Virus record (IMG/VR): IMGVR_UViG_3300033149_003379
Coordinates: 4,220 to 68,219 of that record
DNA from: a virus
Strand: one strand, 5' to 3'
DNA: 64,000 nt
Shown: in pieces, positions 29,396-38,686 of the stretch
Numbering within the stretch: position 1 is the stretch's first letter
Layout of the letters: every line of letters starts with the position of its first letter
Notes under the pieces: generated by a model
What the model was told of the DNA's origin: nothing
Databases searched by the model: none
What the model saw: the letters and a program-made list of their open reading frames with translations, nothing else
Made by a program: the position numbers and the translations under genes

Positions 29396-30337
29396 ATGGT
29401 CGGAAACAAGTTCGACAAGGAACGCCACTTCGGAGTAGAGTTCGAAGGTTTCTGTCGAGATCGAGAGGTTCTCCTCTATAAACTGAGGGAAGAAGCTGGA
29501 TTAGATGTGGTTACTGGTGGACACTTCGATCGACCAGGCAGTCGCCGCTGGTTATTGACATCAGACGGCTCACTTGTTGCAAGTCCTCATTCACGCACAA
29601 GAGTTCCGTTTGAGTTGAAGACTCCGGTACTCAAAGGACTTTCAGGTCTTCGTAAAATCGAAAGTGCATGTAAGGTACTTGAGGAAGAGTGTGAAGTGAA
29701 TTACTCTTGTGGTCTTCATGTTCACCACGATGCGCATGATCTGACGAGACAACAAATAGAAAATGTCTACGTGCTATACTACAAGTTTCAATCTCTTATC
29801 GACTTGATGGTTCATCCTGATAGGAGGGAGAACCGATGCATATATGCACAAGCGCTTCGACGCAGATCTGTTAGCAGAGTTAACTTCTACGCTGAAGATC
29901 GATATTACAAGTTGAATCTCGCTTCAGTGGCTCTTCATGGAACTCTTGAGTTTAGGCAACATCAAGGGACCTTGAACTTCTTAGAAGTGAAACACTGGAT
30001 AGTATTCACTCAGGCGATGATAAATGCAGCTATCTCGACAGACAAGAAGCTGTCCTTCCGTCAAGTTAAGAAATGGGACAATCTTCGAGGTATCCTTGGA
30101 GCCTACAAATGGATGAAGTCCGGCAAGTTCCTTCTCGAAGCGGAAGAGTTCTATCGGCCGTTGATTACTGGTCAGCCTGTACGAAGGCGGCGGTCAGTCA
30201 CTCCTGAGGAGCCAGTACTTACTGAAGATGGAGTCGAAGTTGAAAGCCTTACTTCCAATGGCACAACAATTATGGCTACAGTTGATGTAACATTATCTCC
30301 GACAGGAGAGCCGCAAATCTCTATTAGGTCAGCATAA
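29396..30337 (+). CDS. Amidoligase (COOH-NH2 ligase, Amidoligase_2 type)
   Basis: FGVEFE; DGSL; ELKTPVL; SCGLHVH; TLEFRQHQGT. Confidence 0.85.
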   Translation: MVGNKFDKERHFGVEFEGFCRDREVLLYKLREEAGLDVVTGGHFDRPGSRRWLLTSDGSLVASPHSRTRVPFELKTPVLKGLSGLRKIESACKVLEEECEVNYSCGLHVHHDAHDLTRQQIENVYVLYYKFQSLIDLMVHPDRRENRCIYAQALRRRSVSRVNFYAEDRYYKLNLASVALHGTLEFRQHQGTLNFLEVKHWIVFTQAMINAAISTDKKLSFRQVKKWDNLRGILGAYKWMKSGKFLLEAEEFYRPLITGQPVRRRRSVTPEEPVLTEDGVEVESLTSNGTTIMATVDVTLSPTGEPQISIRSA

Positions 30338-30344
30338 AGGAGGT

Positions 30345-30584
30345 GTGATGATACGCATAAGATATAATGAGAACGAATGGACAGCCGAGAGCTATGATGA
30401 GTTAGTTCGTATGTTGAAGCTGTTTCCATGGTCCCAGTCATCTGATATCGAACAGTATATGAAGATGACTAAGGATCGGTTGAAGGACCTCTTCGATGTA
30501 GATATCAACTACACTGATTCGAAGAGTTTCATTGAGAGTCTTGTTTCTGAAGGATTCATAACGTCTGTAGAGGAGGAAGCATAA
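30345..30584 (+). CDS. Small protein in the amidoligase operon
   Basis: AGGAGG RBS; lies between the amidoligase and GATase. Confidence 0.6.
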   Translation: MMIRIRYNENEWTAESYDELVRMLKLFPWSQSSDIEQYMKMTKDRLKDLFDVDINYTDSKSFIESLVSEGFITSVEEEA

Positions 30585-31499
30585 ATGTGTAGGATTGGAG
30601 CTGTAATTCACTTCGGAGACTATCGAGTCTCTACTGATGAGCTTTCAAATTTGCTCCTGAATATGCAACATGGAGGTCGAGACGCGACTGGTGTTGGATT
30701 CATCGACGAAGATACTCTTATTGCGTCTAAGACGCCAGGTCCGGCGACCTTAGCAGTTCCTAAATTGACACCGTTTATGAATCGATATGTAAAGAGAACT
30801 AAGGTTGCTTTGCTTCATACGAGATTGGCAACTCACGGCTCTCCGGAGTCTAACTTGAACAACCATCCGATCTTAGGAGATAAGTTGATGATGGTTCATA
30901 ATGGTGTAGTTTGGTTGCCGATGAAGTTCCGATCGAATGGAGCCACAGATACTGAACAGATGCTTCGGGCTATGGAGGCTTTCGGAGTAAAGTATGGGCT
31001 TGAATTCACACATGGCTCTATAGCGGCAGTCTTTGGCAATAAGAGGACGCTGTTCTGGATGAGACGATCAATTTCTCGACTCAGTGCAGTCTTCGATGCT
31101 GAGTTGAAAATCTTAGTCATCTCTACTGAGATGAATGACATTCTGAAGTCTGTACGTTTCGAGAGGCCATTTGAAGTTCCAATTCTTCCAGGAAATCTCT
31201 ATCGAATGGACATAAAGTCGAATAACATTAAGGTCTTGACAGTGAACGAGCCGGTGTTGCATCGGAGTAGAGTCTTAGATACAACACCACGAAGGACTGA
31301 CTTAGAGATTCCGGTGCGTAGCTTAGAAGAAGCCTACCGGCCTGAACCTGCATTTGATTTTGATTCTATTGATGACTTGCATAGCGTATTTGAAGAGTCT
31401 CTGTCAGAAACGCTTAGTCGGTTGGATATGGAGGACTTCACCACAGTTGATGAAGCTGACTCAGATGAGGAGATGATTAACATCTATGAAAACGTCTAG
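30585..31499 (+). CDS. Class II (Ntn) glutamine amidotransferase
   Basis: N-terminal MC; GRDATG; HTRLATHG; NNHP; HNG; TDTE. Confidence 0.88.
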   Translation: MCRIGAVIHFGDYRVSTDELSNLLLNMQHGGRDATGVGFIDEDTLIASKTPGPATLAVPKLTPFMNRYVKRTKVALLHTRLATHGSPESNLNNHPILGDKLMMVHNGVVWLPMKFRSNGATDTEQMLRAMEAFGVKYGLEFTHGSIAAVFGNKRTLFWMRRSISRLSAVFDAELKILVISTEMNDILKSVRFERPFEVPILPGNLYRMDIKSNNIKVLTVNEPVLHRSRVLDTTPRRTDLEIPVRSLEEAYRPEPAFDFDSIDDLHSVFEESLSETLSRLDMEDFTTVDEADSDEEMINIYENV

Positions 31500-31746
31500 T
31501 TTCTACCTTGAGAGGTTTGAAGAATACGTTGATTTGGTGAATGAGTGTGCTCGTGAGAGGATCTTTTCAAATTGTATTGTGGATTGTGATAAGTGTCCGG
31601 TCTATCAGGAGTGTGTAGACTTTTGGGATGAATACGTTACTACTCCTCCTAGGAGGGATCCAGACTTTTACAAAAACTGTTTTGCTCGTCTGAGAGAACT
31701 CAGAATGTTGAAACATCTGTCAATTGTTGATGAAAGTGTGATATAA
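31486..31746 (+). CDS. Cys-rich hypothetical protein
   Basis: CDKCPVYQEC. Confidence 0.55.
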   Translation: MKTSSFYLERFEEYVDLVNECARERIFSNCIVDCDKCPVYQECVDFWDEYVTTPPRRDPDFYKNCFARLRELRMLKHLSIVDESVI

Positions 31747-31751
31747 TACCT

Positions 31752-31832
31752 GTGGCAGAGAGCCGGCGTATCTATCCCCTAGATGCGCTGCCTGAAGTTC
31801 GCCTCCTTTTCTTCAGGCCTCTGCCATCTTTT
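31752..31832 (+). ncRNA. Candidate three-helix sRNA with C-rich/anti-Shine-Dalgarno loops
   Basis: TGATATAAT upstream; outer stem GTGGCAGAG/CTCTGCCAT; two hairpins with loops TCCCC and TTCGCCTCCTTTT; T-run after. Confidence 0.6.
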
Positions 31833-31868
31833 GTACTTGTAAAGTCTATTTTGGTATAATCTACATGT

Positions 31869-33011
31869 ATGGACGCGCAAGAATTCTTGGCAATCTATTC
31901 GAAGCTTGCTCACAATGAGGCTAGCTCCGGAGAGATAAATTATGCCTTCACTAGGCTCAGACCCCTTTTGAAAGGTCTTTCGATCGGTTCGAGGTTTTCC
32001 TCAGCTCATTCCACTTTAGATAAGCTGATCTGCTTAGATGTGGTAGCTCATTGGATTCACCAGGAACCTACTAGAATCACTCAGGTGTGGTCCGATGCAG
32101 ATCCGATGATAGCCAAATCAACTCTAGACAGTTTGGCCGGTTATGAATCAAAAAATGATGTTAGGAAATTCAACCGAGGTTACAATACTAACCTTCTTGC
32201 GAAGGGACCTATTGAGGTCCTCGGAAGTAAGCTAACCGCTAAACATCGTCTTGGAACTCGTGAGAGTATCCGTCCAGCTGAAGAGAGACTTGTAAAGAAG
32301 TGGGTGGCCTTTCCTGATGAGTTGTCATCTGCTGAAAAGACTCTCTTGAAGCGTCTCGGTTATAAGATCTCTCTCGATGGCGTGTCAGAACCTTTGGTTG
32401 TCGGTGGTCCGTGTTCTGTAGAGATGATTGATAAGGAGGGACACCTCATTACCATAAAGGCATTGAAGGAAGCATTCGATAGGTTTATGAGGAATCCGTC
32501 GTACGCTAATGTAATGATGCTCCATTCTGACATGCAAGTTGCTCAGGCTCTGCCATTTTGGATAACTAAGGACGGTACGATCTATGAGAGTGGAATTAAA
32601 GACAATTATTTATATCTGATTGCGGCGCTCAGAGATGACGATGATATGAGTATTATCTCTAAGATTCGGAAGCAGATCGAAGATGGCACAATCAAATCAT
32701 ACTCTATTGCAGGTATCGCTCTTAACAAGGAGTTGAAGTCGAAGCAAGGTCAGGTCTTCTATCAGATAGACGCTCTCGATTTAGGTGAAGTTAGCTTTTG
32801 TGCAGATCCAGTCAATCCTGGAGCGTCATTTGAGATTCTCAAATCGAGTGATGGATGTATAGATTATTATGTGGACACTAAAAGGTCACACGTCGTGCGT
32901 TTTCGTGAACTCCTGGTGACACTGGACAACAAGCCACTAGTGACGAAGTCTATTGCAGGATCAGGGAGTGCTCTAGAAGACTTTAAGAAATTCCTAAGTG
33001 AGGCAGTTTAA
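31869..33011 (+). CDS. HK97-type prohead protease with N-terminal extension
   Basis: SVEMIDKEGH; VMMLH; KSYSIAG; LGEVSFCADPVNPGASF. Confidence 0.8.
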   Translation: MDAQEFLAIYSKLAHNEASSGEINYAFTRLRPLLKGLSIGSRFSSAHSTLDKLICLDVVAHWIHQEPTRITQVWSDADPMIAKSTLDSLAGYESKNDVRKFNRGYNTNLLAKGPIEVLGSKLTAKHRLGTRESIRPAEERLVKKWVAFPDELSSAEKTLLKRLGYKISLDGVSEPLVVGGPCSVEMIDKEGHLITIKALKEAFDRFMRNPSYANVMMLHSDMQVAQALPFWITKDGTIYESGIKDNYLYLIAALRDDDDMSIISKIRKQIEDGTIKSYSIAGIALNKELKSKQGQVFYQIDALDLGEVSFCADPVNPGASFEILKSSDGCIDYYVDTKRSHVVRFRELLVTLDNKPLVTKSIAGSGSALEDFKKFLSEAV

Positions 33012-33022
33012 CGAGGTGTACA

Positions 33023-33229
33023 ATGCCGGCAGAAAGTGAGTCACAAAGAAGATTGATGGCTATAGCTCTAGGGATTAAACGGGGAGAGATCCCGAGGTCG
33101 TATAGCAAAAAGGCTGCAGAACTTGCGGACTCGATGACTACAGAGGAACTTGAGGATTTTGCCTCGAAATCAATGACGAAGTCTCTCGGAGAGTTTGAAA
33201 GATTCTTAGTGAAAAACTCAGAAAGTTAA
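33023..33229 (+). CDS. DUF3008-like small protein
   Basis: MPAESESQRRLMAIALGIKRGE...SMTTEELEDFAS. Confidence 0.7.
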   Translation: MPAESESQRRLMAIALGIKRGEIPRSYSKKAAELADSMTTEELEDFASKSMTKSLGEFERFLVKNSES

Positions 33230-33443
33230 GAAAGAGAACTACACCTGTACATGTTCTTTGTGGCATGTTCTGTAGTTTCGTATATCACTTCTATCCAGGT
33301 TTGTCAGTGCTTCTGTTTGTTTCCTTCTCAGTATTTGAAATTTGGCAGGCTTCCGAAGAAGGCGACACAGGTTGCATTGATTACTGGGAAGGAGTGTTTG
33401 GTCTATTTGTTGGAGCCGCTATTTTGTGGCTTTGGAGGATTCT

Positions 33444-34484
33444 ATGCATATAGAGGATTTACGCAACAAAGCTCGTAGACTTGAATCGAACATCGTTTCG
33501 GTAGGTATAGGTAAAAAGTATGTCAAAGGTCAGGATACTGGCCGACTAGCCTTGCAGATAGGTGTGTTGAAGAAGCTACCTAAAGCATATCTGAAGGCTA
33601 GCGATATTGTTCCTCGTTCAGTGGATTCTATCGAAACTGACGTTGTCGAAGTCGGAGATGTTCGAATACCTGAATTGATAAAAAGTCAGGAAGTGGATCG
33701 TACAGTCAGAGTTCGGCCAGCTCCATGTGGAGTGTCTATTGGACATAAAGATGTAACGGCAGGAACTCTCGGACTTGTTGCTACAAAAAATGGTAAGAGA
33801 GTGATTGTCACCAATAACCATGTAGGAGCCAATGTTAATCGAGGAGTCAAAGGTGATCCTTGGTATCAACCAGGTCCGTACGATGGTGGGCAATTTCCTG
33901 ACATTATTGCTAGATTGTCTGAATATGTTCCGATTTATCCGGTGAATGAGATACCATCAGACTGCCCCGTAGGTTCAACTTTAGCAAAGGTGTTCAATTT
34001 CTTAGCTGAGAAATTCAATCGAGCGACTAGGCTCTCTGCTACTGTGATTCATGCTGAGCCAAATCTTGTGGATGTTTCTCTTGGTGAGGTGCTTCATCCA
34101 TATGATGTTACATTTGAGGTCCTCGGTTTCGGCTCCTACAATTTGAAGGACATCCGAGTTGTTGAGCCTGAGATTGACATGACTGTTAAGAAGAGTGGTA
34201 GGACTACTGGATGTACCGAAGGAAAGGTGACTGCAATTGATGTTACATTGAATGTGAATATGGGATCGTTCATTGCAGTGTTTGAAGACCAATTTTTGAC
34301 AACTCCGATGTCTGAAGGCGGAGATAGTGGTTCACATACCTTTACTAAGAATATGGACTTAGTCGGTCTCTTGTTTGCAGGTAGTGAACAGATAACTGCT
34401 CATAATACGTATATGAACGTGATAAATGAGATCGACTTGGATGCGTATCTACTCAATGATGAAGTTTTTCTGAGTTGTACATAA
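33444..34484 (+). CDS. Trypsin-like (S1, Nal1-like) serine protease
   Basis: GTLG; TNNHV; D; KSGRTTG; GGDSGS; GLLFAG. Confidence 0.85.
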   Translation: MHIEDLRNKARRLESNIVSVGIGKKYVKGQDTGRLALQIGVLKKLPKAYLKASDIVPRSVDSIETDVVEVGDVRIPELIKSQEVDRTVRVRPAPCGVSIGHKDVTAGTLGLVATKNGKRVIVTNNHVGANVNRGVKGDPWYQPGPYDGGQFPDIIARLSEYVPIYPVNEIPSDCPVGSTLAKVFNFLAEKFNRATRLSATVIHAEPNLVDVSLGEVLHPYDVTFEVLGFGSYNLKDIRVVEPEIDMTVKKSGRTTGCTEGKVTAIDVTLNVNMGSFIAVFEDQFLTTPMSEGGDSGSHTFTKNMDLVGLLFAGSEQITAHNTYMNVINEIDLDAYLLNDEVFLSCT

Positions 34485-34497
34485 TTATTTCTATTAG

Positions 34498-34512
34498 AGT
34501 ATAATTATGTTG
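34498..34512 (+). promoter_or_regulatory. Putative late promoter motif AGTATAATTATGTTG
   Basis: Identical to 2055-2069. Confidence 0.55.
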
Positions 34513-34578
34513 AGTCATAGTCGCAGAAGAGAAAGGCCAAGAGTACACTAGCAAATTCTGAATAGGTCGAGTAAAGGA

Positions 34579-34610
34579 GAGTCGAGTTCATGCGAATTCG
34601 GCTTCTTTTT
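34579..34610 (+). terminator. Intrinsic terminator-like hairpin upstream of the scaffold gene
   Basis: GAGTCGAGTTC-ATGC-GAATTCGGCTT followed by CTTTTT. Confidence 0.5.
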
Positions 34611-34642
34611 GTGTATAAAAATTAGAAACATGGAGGAATGGA

Positions 34643-35347
34643 ATGGAGATAGATGAGATTAAAGAGACCTTGGAGAAGGTACAGAAGGGGCAAGAGGGTC
34701 AGGTTACGGCATGGAAGGCTGTAGCTGAGACTTTGGATAAGATGAGTGATGTCCTCGAGAAGATGAATACTGCTCTATCAAAGCAGGAAGAGGACGAAAA
34801 GGAAGATGAAGACGAGCGGATGGTGGATGAGCTTGCTGAGAAGGTGAAGGCTAAGATGGCTGCTACTCAAATCTCGAAGGAAGACTCGAAGGAGAGTTCG
34901 GCCAAGCTGAAGACCAAGCCTGAAGCGCAGCAGGACATCATCCAGGGATCCGCAAATAGCGACGTTAGCAAGGCAGATGAGGATGAATGGGAAGATGAGG
35001 ATGAGGAGGAAGGAGAGGTCAGGAGACCTCCTAGAGATGTTGATGAGAATGCGCAAGTGAAGGCTCTCAAGTCATCACTTGACAAAGCGGTCGCGGAAGC
35101 TATGCGTAGCGTCGATGTGAAGGGTATCGTGGAGAAGGCTATTGATGAAAAACTCTCGAAGATGGGTGTCGGTGAAGCCAGGTCCGTTAAGAGAGTCAGC
35201 ATCCCAGTTAATCCCGATTCCCAAAACCTCTCGCTGAAAAAGTCAGCAAAAAGAGAGGACATAGTCGAGGAGCTGTCCAAGATGTCTTGGAGTCAGCTTT
35301 CGAGACTCGAGGAAGCCGTGAATAACGGCGAAGTAACGCTTGAATAG
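34643..35347 (+). CDS. Capsid scaffolding protein
   Basis: Acidic coiled coil immediately upstream of the MCP; many hydrophobic-x-K-(S/A/E/Q) sites. Confidence 0.7.
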   Translation: MEIDEIKETLEKVQKGQEGQVTAWKAVAETLDKMSDVLEKMNTALSKQEEDEKEDEDERMVDELAEKVKAKMAATQISKEDSKESSAKLKTKPEAQQDIIQGSANSDVSKADEDEWEDEDEEEGEVRRPPRDVDENAQVKALKSSLDKAVAEAMRSVDVKGIVEKAIDEKLSKMGVGEARSVKRVSIPVNPDSQNLSLKKSAKREDIVEELSKMSWSQLSRLEEAVNNGEVTLE

Positions 35348-35360
35348 AGGTGAATGATTA

Positions 35361-36692
35361 ATGCCAGATAGAATAAGTCTGCAGGAGTTTATAGCGCAGT
35401 CGCAACGTGGCGCTATGGGACGTGTGTTTGGTCCTGAGTTCATTCAGAAGCAAACATACCTGCAGGTCTCAAACATCTTCACCGAGACATACGGGCGTAA
35501 GGTCTGGGAAGCACTGAATAACCGGACCGTTTTTTGGAACGCTATCAAAAAGGTCGGATGGGGTCCTACCACTGGTTGGCGTCTGAGAACTGACAGAGGT
35601 TCCGATCGTTCAAGACCGGTTACTGAAGTTGGTTCACTGCCGACTATCGACGTGTCTAACTACGTCAATGTTAGTTCGCTGCCAAGAATTGCAGCTACCG
35701 ACTTCGGTGTTTCAATCAAGGCAATGTTTACAGGTCAGTTGGAAGGTGGTATTGGAGATGCTCTCGCGGTTGAACGTGAGGCTGCTTCGAGAGACCACCT
35801 GAAGGAATTGAACCAAGAGCTTCTGCTCAAGAGTGCGTGCCTCGCTAGTGCGGCAGGTTCGACTACTACGTTCAAATGTCCTACAGCTAGTAGATTCTAT
35901 CGTGTAGGCGACACAGTCGCATTCTACGATATTTCAGAAGCTGACTACGAGGAGACTCAGGGTGGTGTAATCTCTGACATCTCTTCAGATGGGACGACTG
36001 ATACTGTTACTGTGTCTACACTTGCACAGGCTACGGCTGATGGAGATGTTATTTACATCAAAGCTCGTGCCGGTATGACAAGCCTTGATGATATTGTTGC
36101 CGAAGATGATATGACTGTAGGTGGCCAGAAGGCTGCTCCAGATGTCTACAATCTCACCACTCGTACAGCTGGTACATATGCTGCTGGTGCCTATGTCAAT
36201 CACAACTCAGGTGTCGGAAGAGACCTGACGCTTGCCTTGATCGATACTTGTATTCAGAAGTGTCGTGAGAATGGTGGCGAACCCAAACTGATCCTTACAG
36301 GGCACGATCAGTACTTCAAGCTCAACCAGCTGCTGCAAGCTCAGCAGAGGTTCCTTGGTACTGGTGAACTTATCGTTGGTGTTGGTGATGAGAGGACCTA
36401 TCCTGGTACTGCGACCGGTCTTGCGGTTGCTACGTACATGGGTATTCCGATCCTTCCTGACGCAGATGTTCCTAAGTCAGTGGCGACTGATGATAGCGCG
36501 CTCGGCTCTAACCTGTATGTTCTCGATACGGACTTCTTTGAGATTGCTGTAGCTCAGCCTACTCAGTACATTGAGAATAGAGACTTCTTCGCAGCCAATG
36601 CGCTCGTGGTTAGAGGTCTTCTGTATACGATGGCTGAACTGAGATGCCGCAATATCTGGGTCCAATCGAAGTTGGGAGATCTGAACAGTTAA
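35361..36692 (+). CDS. Major capsid protein (HK97 fold)
   Basis: Position after protease/scaffold; YGRKVW.ALN; HLKELNQELL; ATYMGIPI; LYTMAELRC. Confidence 0.85.
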   Translation: MPDRISLQEFIAQSQRGAMGRVFGPEFIQKQTYLQVSNIFTETYGRKVWEALNNRTVFWNAIKKVGWGPTTGWRLRTDRGSDRSRPVTEVGSLPTIDVSNYVNVSSLPRIAATDFGVSIKAMFTGQLEGGIGDALAVEREAASRDHLKELNQELLLKSACLASAAGSTTTFKCPTASRFYRVGDTVAFYDISEADYEETQGGVISDISSDGTTDTVTVSTLAQATADGDVIYIKARAGMTSLDDIVAEDDMTVGGQKAAPDVYNLTTRTAGTYAAGAYVNHNSGVGRDLTLALIDTCIQKCRENGGEPKLILTGHDQYFKLNQLLQAQQRFLGTGELIVGVGDERTYPGTATGLAVATYMGIPILPDADVPKSVATDDSALGSNLYVLDTDFFEIAVAQPTQYIENRDFFAANALVVRGLLYTMAELRCRNIWVQSKLGDLNS

Positions 36693-36709
36693 CTCCAGGA
36701 GAAAATGAC

Positions 36710-36916
36710 TTGAAAGTAAGTGAGGTTTTGTCAGAAAGAGTAGGAAAACAGCTACTCGGTGAATTACTAACTATAGTGGATGCTTCTAGTGGAGATAAGG
36801 TCCAACGAGAGGCATTGAAGAGTCTTGTTAGACAAACTCTCAAGAAGTGCATGGCTGATCTCGTATGTTCTGTGGAAATAGAACATAGGAAGGGAGAGCA
36901 ATCTGAGAAAGATTGA
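36710..36916 (+). CDS. Small hypothetical protein
   Basis: AGGAG RBS, TTG start. Confidence 0.5.
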   Translation: MKVSEVLSERVGKQLLGELLTIVDASSGDKVQREALKSLVRQTLKKCMADLVCSVEIEHRKGEQSEKD

Positions 36917-36959
36917 GACCGCCTGAGGGATGGAGAGGTGGTCTCCATTTGGAGGATAA

Positions 36960-37283
36960 ATGGCTTTAAGTAGTGTAACAGTGTCAATAGACGCTAGAAC
37001 GGTGTTCGGAAACAAGAGAGTGGTATTTGCTAGTGTATCTCTCGGTAATGACACATTCCCATCAGGAGGGATTTCTCTAACGCCTTCTCAATTCGGACTT
37101 CAGCATGTCGACCTAGTGCTGTTCGAAGGAAAGAAGCTCGCATATTACTATGACTATGATAACGAAAAGATCAACGCCTATCTGCCAGGTAGTTCAACTG
37201 GTGCTTCTGAGGTTAGGGTTGCTGCTAATGGTGCTACTCCTAACGAGACAATAAAGGCGATCGTCATCGGGTATGGAGGTTAG
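36960..37283 (+). CDS. Putative head decoration protein, paralog 1
   Basis: FGNKR; FPSGG.SLTPS.FGL; YYYD; shared with the next gene. Confidence 0.6.
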   Translation: MALSSVTVSIDARTVFGNKRVVFASVSLGNDTFPSGGISLTPSQFGLQHVDLVLFEGKKLAYYYDYDNEKINAYLPGSSTGASEVRVAANGATPNETIKAIVIGYGG

Positions 37284-37285
37284 TC

Positions 37286-37618
37286 GTGGCAGACATTGGA
37301 AGTATAACTGTATCTACAGTTGCTAAAGGAGTCTTTGGAAATAAGAGATACGTCATCGCGTCATTGACTGTAGGTGACGGTTCGTCTACATTTCCTTCAG
37401 GAGGAGTCAGTCTGACACCATCAGATTTTGGACTCCAATCTATAGAATTGATGATGATCGAACATGGAAGCATCGATTACTATTATGACATTAGTAATGA
37501 GCTTTTGTCGGGTTATCTACCGGCAGCAACCACTGGAGAAGACAAGGTTCGAGTCGCAGTAGATGGTGCAGTACCTAATGAGACAGTTCGTTGCTTGGTG
37601 CTCGGTGTAGGAGGCTAA
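37286..37618 (+). CDS. Putative head decoration protein, paralog 2
   Basis: Same motifs as 36960..37283. Confidence 0.6.
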   Translation: MADIGSITVSTVAKGVFGNKRYVIASLTVGDGSSTFPSGGVSLTPSDFGLQSIELMMIEHGSIDYYYDISNELLSGYLPAATTGEDKVRVAVDGAVPNETVRCLVLGVGG

Positions 37619-37619
37619 C

Positions 37620-37901
37620 TTGGAATGGTCTGGGCAGATTATCGGGGCCTTTATTGGAGCAGTGGTTCTATTAATATTGAATCTTCTGACCTTTATTTTG
37701 ACATATGGAAGGCTCTCTCAGAAGGTAGAGGATTTGAATCATACTGTCAATAACGGCTTATGCGAGAAAGTTCAACAAACTTGTGCAGATGTAGCTCAGA
37801 TGAAAGGCAATTTAGAAACTTATATGAAGCTTGAGCATGAGATAAAGAAGATGTTGGTACGCCGAATAGAGGTTCTGGAGAGTAAGACCGATGGCTCATA
37901 G
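37620..37901 (+). CDS. N-terminal TM plus coiled-coil protein
   Basis: Hydrophobic N-terminus followed by a heptad pattern. Confidence 0.55.
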   Translation: MEWSGQIIGAFIGAVVLLILNLLTFILTYGRLSQKVEDLNHTVNNGLCEKVQQTCADVAQMKGNLETYMKLEHEIKKMLVRRIEVLESKTDGS

Positions 37902-38367
37902 ACCTATAGTAGCACAAACCATAACGAACGACCACTCGAAGGTTGCTGAAGAGCTTCAAAACTTGTTAAATGCTCATAACCTCGATACTAGTGCAATCAT
38001 TGACACTGAGATTACGAAGTTTGGAGCTAATCAGTTTCTGATTGTTGCGATCTTTTACGGTATCTATACTCATTGGCTACAAGCGAAGTTGAAACCTGTT
38101 CTCAATCGAGACCTTGTAATAAATAGGGCATATTCAGATTCATTATCACTCACAGCTGCGTTTGATTGGTTACTTACTGTTCCTAGATCAGATCAGATAT
38201 GTCTGAATGTTGCTGCAATTGCAAGAGCGCTGTCTAGTGTTAGGGCTCCATCTGATGAGATCGAATTGAGTCCTTCTATTAGTAGAGAGATGTCTTCAAA
38301 TCGTGGAAAGTCGACTAGTACGTCTCTTTCAGCCTCGGTTGAAGCTGAGAAGACTAGTACGTACTAA
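37891..38367 (+). CDS. Putative virion protein
   Basis: In the structural operon; S/R-rich repeats resembling the C-terminus of 45201. Confidence 0.5.
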   Translation: MAHRPIVAQTITNDHSKVAEELQNLLNAHNLDTSAIIDTEITKFGANQFLIVAIFYGIYTHWLQAKLKPVLNRDLVINRAYSDSLSLTAAFDWLLTVPRSDQICLNVAAIARALSSVRAPSDEIELSPSISREMSSNRGKSTSTSLSASVEAEKTSTY

Positions 38368-38383
38368 GGTGTAGGAGGAGATA

Positions 38384-38686
38384 ATGCCAGAGAAAAAATC
38401 AGATCTGTTAGCTGCGGTAGAATATGAACACCGTAAGAAAGGCGGTGATCTTGTCTCTAGAGGATACCAGAAGTTCGATTGGAGAGGACGAGTTCACATC
38501 ATCCAAGAGGACTCACAAGGCAGACTTATAGGCGAAGTTATCAAAGACAAAAAGGGTAATATCGTGAAGGTTATAGAAGGCCATCCTGAGAATCAGTCAC
38601 TTTTAAACTCATTAGTTAAAGCTATTACTCGTGCTAAGCCTACGAGTAAGGCGAAGAAGCGTTCTGTTCAGTCAGAATCTAATTAA
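38384..38686 (+). CDS. Hypothetical protein
   Basis: AGGAGG RBS. Confidence 0.6.
   Translation: MPEKKSDLLAAVEYEHRKKGGDLVSRGYQKFDWRGRVHIIQEDSQGRLIGEVIKDKKGNIVKVIEGHPENQSLLNSLVKAITRAKPTSKAKKRSVQSESN

Noticed and set aside
36914-36948. Alternative hairpins downstream of the MCP region as a riboswitch
   Set aside because: The stems are short with no recognisable aptamer; at most a weak terminator or stabilising hairpin.
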